A stretch of DNA of 64,000 bases from Oopsacas minuta (Eukaryota; Animalia; Porifera). Positions 47,701 through 57,841 of this stretch are shown here, piece by piece. The notes below the pieces were generated by a model that saw only the letters and a list, made by a program, of their open reading frames with translations, was not told the DNA's origin and did no database searches. A program made the translations under genes and the position numbers. How positions within the stretch are numbered: the stretch's first letter is position 1; every line of letters begins with the position of its first letter. The DNA is taken from contig JAKMXF010000309.1 in NCBI GenBank assembly GCA_024704765.1, positions 221,204 to 285,203 of the forward strand, in the 5' to 3' direction.

Positions 47701-48243
47701 TCCAATTGTGCATAAGAACATGCCATCACTTGTTATCTTCATATCAATAATATTACCTAGAAATAAACACAAATATCATTACTACATGCTTACAAAACTC
47801 TCGCAATTTGGCAATGAGTATTTCTAGTGCTCTTAATTACGAAATATTGTACCTTGGTGTGCTAGAAAATCTTTGACAAACTCTATAGAACTAGCTTGTT
47901 TTTTCCAGAATTTAACATGACCATCTTTACTACCAGTTATAAGAAAATCAGTTTTACAAGCAAACTTAACATTACACACAGACTCTTTATGCATGTAAGA
48001 TCTTTCATATATTTTACTGTCAGGAAGCGCGGATAAATTGTTTAGAATATTAGGTGTTACTTTTCGTTTGTCTGATTTAATATTTGGTTGGGGATCTTGT
48101 TGTTGAAGTGTAATTGGTATTGATGGACCTATTTCATTGGATTCGGTGCCTATTTTCGTGCGCTTTCTCTCACCTTCTTCGGGAGATTCAATTTGTTCAT
48201 CTTGGATTTCTTCTATCGGTCTTTTGGCAATCGAATCAGACAT
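44707..48243 (-). CDS. PPWD1: Peptidylprolyl isomerase domain and WD repeat protein 1, multi-exon
   Basis: [46 protein letters not shown], cyclophilin [10 protein letters not shown]...[17 protein letters not shown]. Confidence 0.96.
46098..46340. repeat. Interspersed repeat fragment(s) in a PPWD1 intron
   Basis: 46246-46337 (GCTGTTAGATTTCGCACGGCCGCG...GGACGTCGCAC...CCATGCTATTAGGACAT) is shared with about 24500-24575; 46098-46175 has a GAGCA...TGCTC hairpin resembling a Helitron-type end. Confidence 0.5.
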
Positions 48244-48766
48244 AATTAACTGAATACAAAAGAATTTAGAAACGCTACAGTAGACTATCCCTGAATTATT
48301 ACGAGATTTTACAAAATCGAGGGATTACTTTAAGAATGAAAAAGAAGATTTGCAAATTTCGGTTCATTTTTCCCCAAAACTGCCAGTAACTGCTAATTAT
48401 AGATGTAAAACTTGGAAATTTCACGAAAATCTCGATATTTAGCAGATACAATTCCGAAAAATGAGAAGGCACACAAATTCTTTTTCTAAAGCGCAAGCAA
48501 CAAGGTTCAAGACCCATCGAACGTGGTTCTGTCATTTAGAACCAGGCCTTGAGTTGTCGGAGTGGGAATTTAGACTTCGCTATCGCCGCCGACAGTACCC
48601 ACAGCCAAATTCAAAACAAAAGGATAAAGCATGCGAATAATTTGTTAAGAAGCACAAATTCGCATTCCTAATTTCGTATTAAAGAAAATCTACTGCACAC
48701 TAGACGAATAATATATACACATTACTCTCAAACTCAAAAACAAGGCCACTAAACCAAGTTTAAGTA

Positions 48767-50617
48767 TCAGTTCCTCTGTTCCTCTGAATCTTGCCCTCCA
48801 AAACTGAAATACACTAAGCTACTGGTGCTCTGTTGTGAAGATTTTCTTTTCATCGAAGGAGACCCTTCATCTTCCATAGAATCCATCATTTTTTTCTTGA
48901 TTGCATCCGGCCAGTTTTTCGGTTGTTGACGCTTCACTTGACCGTCCCATTCAATATCCACTAGCCCACCCTTCTCGCATATATTGTTCTTGACACGATT
49001 CGCGAAATCTATCGACTTTTCGCCCGGTAAGCGACGCGATAATGGAAGATATTTTACAGTGCAGACAATTGCCCAACTTGTCATTAGCATTAAAACGTAG
49101 AGTAAAAATCCCTGACGAGATGAATTCCAAAATGGATCTGAAAACGCGAGATTATATTTTATACATGCTGGATAAATCGGAGCTCCAACTTCGAATGAAC
49201 CTTTCTTAAACATGAAAACTGCTGTATTATTTATACAAGTTCCTTCTGGGAAGATTAGTATCGGATTTGAATTAGGTTTCTCAGAATGTTCGCGTAGACG
49301 TTGTGTTACTTTTAAACGATCACTCAACTCAAACCTGGAAAATTGAAAGTTTAGAAATACTCGGAAATTGATATATTTCCAACTGTTAGCGTAGCTCCAA
49401 TGGGGAGTTGCCTTAATAGCATGCATGGACTGTGTGCGAAGTCCTTATGCGCTGTCGTAAGAAATTTAGAGGCCCAATTGACATGATTGCTACATGAGTA
49501 AGTTTCGGGGGGTAGATTTGCAAATGGAATATGAATATGAACCCATAACTTTTTGGTCATTAATCATATTTTCACACCTTTCTATGTATTATTCAAAAGT
49601 ATGTTAGAAATTTTTCGTATATGCATGAAAATTACGAAAAATGATAGTTTTCTTATAAAAATTTACAAATTCGTTTGGATTTTTATGACATTGGAAAGAA
49701 CAGTAAAACCTCCACAAACGCCAAACGAGGGCGTCAGGAACGTCGAAAAATACAACCGCGTTTGTGGAAGTTTCACTGTATTTACAAATATTCGCTTACC
49801 TGTTAAACCAGACATGCGAGATAGGTTGCCCAATACTAACTGCCCATTGTAGCAGCCCGAAGAATCCTCCTTGTGATTGTCCAACCATAGAATAAACGTT
49901 ATCAAAACTCAAAACCATTACATCTAATGGTGTAGTATGGTTCGCTACACAAATTGACCCATTTTTCGGACGATTACCAATCGCTTCAAAAGTCAAATGT
50001 CCTGTGAACGCACGTATGAACAAACGTCCTGTTATCAATGTTGCGGTATTTTTCAGGTATAAATACATATCCTGTGGGATTTTATCATAAGCCAGGGCCA
50101 ACAATCCATACGAAGCAATCAACCACAGAAAGCCTGTGATTCCAATCATAAGGCGAACAGGGAATAGTAAAAAATAACGAAAACACATTCCTATAGACCA
50201 TAACACCTTCAAACCGATTCCACTCTGTTCGTGTTTAACTTGATTTCTACTCATTAAATTCCAATACTGAAATGGTTGAGTAGTGAAACGTTCTGTGACG
50301 TCATCGGTAACTATAGACTGTATACCGTTTTTAATCAAATTTAAAACATCTTGCAATTCAGAATCGGCTTGGATTGTGTTGTAGGACCGTACGCGAGGTA
50401 TTTTAACTTCTTGGACAATCAGCTGATCTTTGTTTATATGGAATAGCATACGAAGGCCTTTTATGTACAGACTTATTGACCATGATGATAGATAGGGAGT
50501 TATTTGTATGACGTAAAGATATATTACAATTCGAAACCATAATGATAGTATTCCATTGAAATTTGGTAGGACACTTGAAAAGAATTCCATTATTGATACT
50601 AGTCCTGTTGTCCACAT
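48767..50617 (-). CDS. GPAT3: ER glycerol-3-phosphate acyltransferase GPAT3/4-like; 2 coding exons (about 50617-49800 and 49338-48767)
   Basis: Acyltransferase motifs VANHTTPLD, HVWFNR, ILIFPEGTCINNT, FKKGSFE, FWNS, MTSWAIVC; GPAT3 and GPAT4 cannot be distinguished. Confidence 0.88.
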
Positions 50618-51597
50618 TTTGAGTCGTTACATAGTATTCTAATTGAAACTGTAAAGATAAAAGTTGGGGAATTGAAGACGAACACATATTTGCACTAAAT
50701 CTGATCTTTACAATGGCAATTCAATTGGTATTACTCGGGGTAATACGATTACGCTTTGACTACCCGTTGGGGTTTGTATTCGTATTAACGAAGTTCCACT
50801 GTAATATTATTACCTTTCATATACTGTGTGAGAATACAGTCACGGTCGCTAAATGTGAACACATACAGATGCATTTGATAATTCGTTATTATAGTTAACT
50901 CCCATTGTATCGAACTTCAAGGGACCCCAATAATTACTTCCAAATGACCGATTAAAAATATGGTTTGGGACCATATTTGTATACTTTAAGTCTTCGATAA
51001 AAAATCGGGTATTTCAATACATCCGTGTTTGATATAACTGGAGTTGACTGTAGATAGGAAAACTCGTATTATTAACGAATATTTATACAAAAGTTTATCA
51101 AAATTGATAGAAAAATGTTGAAATTTAATATCTTGAGAAATTGTGATGATTGAAAGAAATATGAAACGCTAAAGGAAGTCTGTTCAGAATGATTGGTGAA
51201 TTTATACAAGAGGTCAAATTTTGATATTGTATAGAATTTCGGAAACATTGTGATAGCACAAAGACATAAATTCAAGCGTAGTCATCTATAATGTTACGCC
51301 TTTAATTTTGGAGCAAATTCTGTTGTCTAGATTTAATCAAATGTTTCAAACAACACGAATTTAATTCAGCATGTAATTGCCCAAAGGAGGTATTTGTAAA
51401 AGCATTTTACTGTGCCGACAATACTACAGTCAACTCCAGTTAAAGTGAAGCTCAAGGGACCATGAGTATTACTTCGATATAACCGATGAAACTTGTCAAT
51501 TTGAAGGTTTGGAACCGTATCTTAGTACAATTTCATATCAGCTGATTTATGATATAAACTAGAAAACATTCAATTAACAGTTACCATTTCTAAAACT

Positions 51598-53338
51598 CTA
51601 TAAGTGAGATAAATCAATAGGTGTTTGCATTACACCTTCATTAATTCCACTCAATAGATTCTTAACAGCTAAAATGGCCAAATTATTCCTACTTTCAAAC
51701 TCTGCACTTGCAATATGAGGCGTAATTACACAGTTATCCAACTGGTAAAGAGGATGGAAGGGAGGTAAGGGCTCTGGTGTTGTAACGTCAATACCAGCTG
51801 CTAGGATTTTCTTATTTACAAGAGCTTCGTATAAATCATCTTGGTTTACAACGGGACCGCGACTAACGTTGATAAAGATAGCAGTTGATTTCATTTGTGA
51901 GAAAACATTTTTATCAAATAAGTTTCTGGTTTCTGACGTCAGCGGACAAAGTGCGAGAATAAAATCCGAGTTTCTGAGAAGTGTTGGTAAATCTGTTTTT
52001 TCCAAAATACCCAGCGCCTAAACAAGAACAAATTCATCAAGGAATTAGTCTAGATATTCCTTCCAGTTCGTATACTAGTATAGCTAGTGGTAGTATACAC
52101 TGATCATTATAAACAACAGTTTCTTCATAATTCAATGTAGGTCCCACCTTCCCCTGTACACAATAGAAACCTTTTGGAGGCTCTGTTAGATCGGCCATAT
52201 TCGTGTATGTCTCGTATTTATGACCAGTCAATACTTTACATAGTAAAAGTGTTCTGACGTCGTATGAACCTACAGTGTACTCGTGAGATTTTGAGGAATT
52301 GGTGGCAAGGTATATCCCATGACCGAATCGTGTCCATTTATGAACAACCGATGAATTTGTTATAAAGACGGTTTGGGACCATATTCGTACAATTACAGAC
52401 TTCGATATGAGGGTTCGGCCCCGTGCGGGCCTTTCGATATTTATCCATGCTGGGGGAAGAAATAATTATAAATTCCAACATGTTCTTATAACTAGCATTT
52501 AATATACAGGAATATATGAGAACGTTTCCAGAGAAAAAATTACCTTTTCAAACTCAGGTTTCGGAGTATTTGCGATATACAGAATTCTTCCAACTCCAAA
52601 TCCTATCAACCTCCTTGCAACAGCTTGACCTATTTGACCCAATCCGACTATTCCAACTGTACTCCGATTAAGAGAGGGTCCACACATCCATAGGGGGTGC
52701 CATGGTGGCCAATCCCCCTTTTGCGCACGAGCAACACCCTCAACTATCCGTCTACTAACACTTAACAGTAGACCAATAGTGAAGTCAGCACATGCATCAG
52801 TTAGTACACCTGGTGCATTAGCTACCTGTATTGAATATTTCTTACAAGTTGTAAGGTCAATATGATCCGTTCCTACTGACATAGTTGATATCATCTAATA
52901 GATAGAGAGGGAAATATTGAATTTGTGTGTAGAGAAATATGTGAATAATTCCGCAAATCAGTTTATGTAAGAATAGGGATGTACCGGATTTTCACATTTA
53001 GTGTGAAACGAAATGTTCGAGAAATTGAATACAGTGTACGACACACCATTGTGGAGGTTACACTGTATCCTCCACAATGGCCGTCCAAAACTTACTTTTA
53101 GATTAGGCCCTGCATTTTCAATAACTTTCTTATCCACTTGATCAGGAATCAAGCATAACAATACATCAATTCCTACTACACTCTCTAACAACTCCTTATA
53201 TGGAATATGTTCTTCTGAATCTCTCACAATCAGATTGAAATTAGAATTTTGAGATTTCAATAGTTTCCATGCTGGTTCTGGTAATCTTCTCGTGAGAAAT
53301 GCTGTATATTTCTTTGTCGGTGTAGCTTGACCATCCAT
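51598..53338 (-). CDS. GRHPR: Glyoxylate/hydroxypyruvate reductase, intact copy B; exons 53338-53096, 52894-52544, 52017-51598 (about 337 aa)
   Basis: All phase-0 GT-AG junctions read through; STMSVGTDHID, GIVGLGQIG (Rossmann), FINVSRG, AGIDVTTPEP, TPHIAS. Confidence 0.92.
52037..52346 (-). pseudogene. 5'-truncated copy of the PARP-like ART gene inside GRHPR-B intron 2
   Basis: Matches 54121-54427; the start, the LFHGT motif and upstream DNA are removed by a deletion of about 415 bp; the 3' flank is shortened by 114 bp. Confidence 0.9.
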
Positions 53339-53543
53339 AGATTACTAGACTCACTAAAAATAGCTTATTTTCCTATGTGAAAATTGCCGACAATACTACA
53401 GTCAACTCCAGTTAAAGTGAAGCTCAAGGGACCATGAGTATTACTTCGATATAACCGATGAAACTTGTCAATTTGAAGGTTTGGAACCGTATTAGCATAA
53501 TTTCATATCAGCTGATTTATGATATAAACTAGAAAACATTCAA

Positions 53544-56063
53544 TTAACAGTTACCATTTCTAAAACTGTATAAGTGAGATAAATCAATAGGTGTTTGCAT
53601 TGCACCTTCATTAATTCCACTCAATAGATTCTTAACAGCTAAAATGGCCAAATTATTCCTACTTTCAAACTCTGCACATGCAATATGAGGCGTAATTACA
53701 CAGTTATCCAACTGGTAAAGAGGATGAAAGGGAGGTGAGGGCTCTGGTGTTGTGACGTCAATACCAGCTGCTAGGATTTTCTTATTTACAAGAGCTTCGT
53801 ATAAATCATCTTGGTTTACAACGGGACCGCGACTAACGTTGATAAAGATAGCAGTTGATTTCATTTGTGAGAAAACATTTTTATCAAATAAGTTTCTGGT
53901 TTCTGACGTCAGCGGACAAAGTGCGAGAATAAAATCCGAATTTCTGAGGAGTGTTGGTAAATCTGTTTTTTCCAAAATACCCAGCGCCTAAACAAGAAAT
54001 ACCTATAACACCTTTAATGCGTTTAATAATATTCATCAATAAGGAAAGCGTAAATATTTAAAATAGAATATCTTATATCAATATTATCAATACACAGCAT
54101 AAAATTCAAGAACAAATTCATCAAGGAATTAGTCTAGATATTCCTTCCAGTTCGTATACTAGTATAGCTAGTGGTAGTATACACTGATCATTATAAACAA
54201 CAGTTTCTTCATAATTCAATGTAGGTCCCACCTTCCCCTGTACACAATGGAAACCTTTTGGAGGCTCTGTTAGATCAGCCATATTCGTGTATGTCTCGTA
54301 TTTATGGCCAGTCAATACTTTACATAGTAAAAGTGTTCTGACGTCGTATGAACCTACAGTGTACTCGTGAGATTTTGAGGAATTGGTGGCAAGGTATATC
54401 CCATGACCGAATCGTGTCCATTTATGGACAGATCCACTCTTATCAAGCTTAAAACCAACTTTAGAAATCGAGCATACACCACAGTCTTTTGAATCACAGA
54501 GTTTTTTAGTTTTTACAATATCGCATTTTACTGTTGTGCCATGGAATAATAGTTCTTCATATTGACCATATGGCCCTAATGTTCTTCTGTATTCTTCGAA
54601 ACCTTTGAGTAAATTATGTGATGGCTCAATGTTAAAACAAGCTTGTAGTATTGGATTTCTCTCTTTCTTCTTTGTGAATGTAGAGTAGAACATTTCTTCT
54701 GCTTTAGTAGAATGAATGAAATGGATTGAAGGTGTTTGTAACATGCTATTTATGTTTAAAGTAATACGTAAATATGAAAATAAATGAAATTTGTTACAGT
54801 CAACTCCAGTTATATCGAGGCCCCGATAATTAGTTCGGTATGCCGATGAATTTGTTATAAAGACGGTTTGGGACCATATTCGTACAATTACAGACTTCGA
54901 TATGAGGGTTCGGCCCCGTGCGGGCCTTTCGCTATATATCCATGCTGGGGGAAGAAATAATTATAAATTCCAACATGTTCTTATAACCAACATTTAATAT
55001 ACAGGAATATATGAGAACGTTTCCAGAAGATTATAAACATGTTCTTAATACGGTCGGACATTTACTGTATACCCAGCAAATGAATAAGAGTATGATAAAT
55101 CATTTGGTATTTTCGAATATAACAAGCTCAGACAGCCAAGGGGTGTCCACATCGTAGTTGTACATGACAACATCGGAGACTCTAGTCTGTATCTTCATAG
55201 CTTGTATCAATCGTATACAAATTATCAAGCAGAACATTAATAAATAAAATGAAGGATGATATGGGTAGTTTTAAATAGAAAATATTGCACAACTGTTTCG
55301 GAGTATTTGCGATATACAGAATTCTTCCAACTCCAAATCCTATCAACCTCCCTTGCAACAGCTTGACCTATTTGACCCAATCCGAATATTCCAACTGTAC
55401 TCCGATTAAGAGAGGGCCCACACGTCCATGCTGGCCAATCCCCGTTTTCGCAAGAGCAACACCCTCAACTATCCGTCTACTAACACTTAACAGTAGACCA
55501 ATAGTGAAGTCAGCACATGCATCAGTTAGTACACCTGGTGCATTAGCTACCTGTATTGAATATTTCTTACAAGTTGTAAGGTCAATATGATCTGTTCCTA
55601 CTGACATAGTTGATATCATCTAATAGATAGAGAGGGAAGTATTGAATTTATGTGTAGAGAAATATGTGAATAATTCCGCAAATCAGTTTATGTAAGAATA
55701 GGGATGTACCGGATTTTCACATTTAGTGTGAAACGAAATGTTCGAGAAATTGAATACAGTGTACGGCACACCATTGTGGAGGTTACACTGTATCCTCCAC
55801 AATGGCCATCCAAAACTTACTTTTAGATTAGGCCCTGCATTTTCAATAACTTTCTTATCCACTTGATCAGGAATCAAGCATAACAATACATCAATTCCTA
55901 CTACACTCTCTAACAACTCCTTATATGGAATATGTTCTTCTGAATCTCTCACAATCAGATTGAAATTAGAATTTTGAGATTTCAATAGTTTCCATGCTGG
56001 TTCTGGTAATCTTCTCGTGAGAAATGCTGTATATTTCTTTGTCGGTGTAGCTTGACCATCCAT
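53544..56063 (-). pseudogene. GRHPR: GRHPR copy A: exon 1 intact, exon 2 disabled, exon 3 lost its stop codon
   Basis: Exon 2 has a 1-bp deletion, a 12-bp deletion and a premature TAG; the exon-2 donor is replaced by about 265 bp of unrelated DNA; the terminal TAG became TAC; HIAS became HIAC. Confidence 0.88.
54121..54744 (-). CDS. Stand-alone PARP-like (H-Y-E) ADP-ribosyltransferase domain, 207 aa, intronless, nested on the same strand in GRHPR intron 2
   Basis: LFHGT, FGHGIYLATNSSKSHEY, LLLCKVLTG, LNYEETVVY; C-x8-C-x4-C-x2-C insert after HGT. Confidence 0.85.
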   Translation of the reverse strand: MLQTPSIHFIHSTKAEEMFYSTFTKKKERNPILQACFNIEPSHNLLKGFEEYRRTLGPYGQYEELLFHGTTVKCDIVKTKKLCDSKDCGVCSISKVGFKLDKSGSVHKWTRFGHGIYLATNSSKSHEYTVGSYDVRTLLLCKVLTGHKYETYTNMADLTEPPKGFHCVQGKVGPTLNYEETVVYNDQCILPLAILVYELEGISRLIP

Positions 56064-56190
56064 AGATTACTAGACTCACTAAAAATAGCTTATTTTCCTG
56101 TTTGAAAGTCAATGGGATTTATTACAAACCCATATTGTTTGTAAAATCTCATCTAATAAAACAAAAATATCTCAAATTCATGACAAAACG

Positions 56191-57399
56191 ATGCGTCGTG
56201 GAAGAGGTGGAGGATTTGGGTTATTTCTACTGGGAGGTGAGATATTTCGCGTGGGAGTCAACACAATACGACCTGTAACTCTACTCACAATCTTTCTCAT
56301 GGTATTTTGTTATTTACAACCAAACTGGAGATATAATCGATTTTCATGGCCAAGATTAGATGAAGTTTGTATCAGTGTTGAAAGTACTGTCTATCGAAAT
56401 CAATGGAAACGTTTACTATTTTCTGCGGTTTTTCACGCTGATGACATGCATCTATACTACAATATGGTTTCATTTCTTTGGAAAAGTCGGCAATTGGAAA
56501 GGAAATTTGGCTCGAATTTCTACGCGTTTCTCCTGATAGCCCTAACGATTGCAACACACGCTATGTATATCGGGATTAGCATATTATTAGCTGAATACTA
56601 TTCATATGAATATGCGTACCATTGCGCTGTGGGATTTTCGGGAGTCATTTTCGCATTGAAAGTAATTTTAGATAGTTTCACGCCAAATGCGACATCAAAT
56701 GTTATGGGCATATTTTACTTACCCATAAGGTATGCATCTTGGTTTGAGCTAATATTGATTTCTATTTTAGTGCCGAATGCATCATTTGTCGGTCATTTAT
56801 CTGGTATTTTGGTTGGTGTGTTCTCGATTTGGTTGTATAAAACTTGTATACGAAGAAGGAATTATTATTTCGGTCGGTCAGATAGATTAGGTAATGGAGA
56901 AGAAGATCTAGAATTGAGGAGAATACGAGCTGAAAGATTAAATCAAGAAAGGGATAATGAAAGGAAACGAATCGATAAATTAGGTAAAATTTTTATAAGT
57001 TGCCCAAAGGATTTGGGGAGTATTACCATATCATGTAAAAGTTCATAGATTTTAGCTTTGGCATGGATTGTCCGCAAGTCACTTGGCCAGAAACAGAACT
57101 ATGCAAATAGTGTTAAATAACTCCGGTTAATCAGGTCAAAATGGCCAGACTTGGCACTATTAAGCGAGTCTATTGTGTTCTAATTTCATTTATCTCTTCG
57201 TTTAGAAAAGGAAATGATTGAACAGGCAAAGCAAAGATCTTTAGAAGATGTAAGGAACCTTTTGCCAGACCCAGTTATACGAGATAATCCACCTTCTCAA
57301 GAAAATAAAACTTTTATTGATCCAGATAAAGAATTGAATTCAGAAATTGCTGAACGAGAAGCGATGAGAGCTGCGAGATTGGCTAAATTCCAGAAATAA
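56191..57399 (+). CDS. RHBDD1: Rhomboid protease RHBDL4; exons 56191-56983 and 57206-57399
   Basis: HLYYNM, catalytic GFSG, GHLSG; C-terminal UIM-like MIEQAKQRSL and VCP-binding-like AMRAARLAKF. Confidence 0.9.
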
Positions 57400-57841
57400 G
57401 AATGGGGAAATAAAAATATGGGATTGGTTTGGGTATTTGTATTTAGAAGTGTAAACATTTTATAAAAATGCTACTTTTCAAAATTCCATTTTAACTAAAG
57501 AGGCGAACACTTGACAAAAATAGTCCGCCTATATGCTTATTGGATATTTAACCATGGATGGTGGATTTATGACATACAAATCCCAATCCAACCAAGCGAG
57601 GAGTGCCTCAGAATGACCTACAACAATTTCAAAGCATATAAAAGAATTCCACCATTCATGGTTAAAAATCTAATAACAATAGTGGAGGGACCAATTTCGC
57701 CCTGGTGTATATAAAATTAGCTTTGTGTTTGAACAAAATATTGATTTGTTAAGTTACAGCCTACATTTACTAAAAAATCTGTCATCATATACAATAGTAC
57801 CATCAATTATATACCTTGTGAGTGCTTTTTGGTGGCAAAAG

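Larger units (their letters stand above)
51413..56099. repeat. Tandem segmental duplication: unit B 51413-53374, 10-bp junction, unit A 53385-56099
   Basis: Near-identical sequence from TGCCGACAATACTACAG to TAGCTTATTTTCCT in both units, differing by large indels in intron 2. Confidence 0.93.

Noticed and set aside
15423-48243. Functional clustering of RNA-processing genes (YJU2, SMU1, La, PPWD1)
   Set aside because: They are interspersed with unrelated genes; four housekeeping genes among about 25 is not evidence of a cluster
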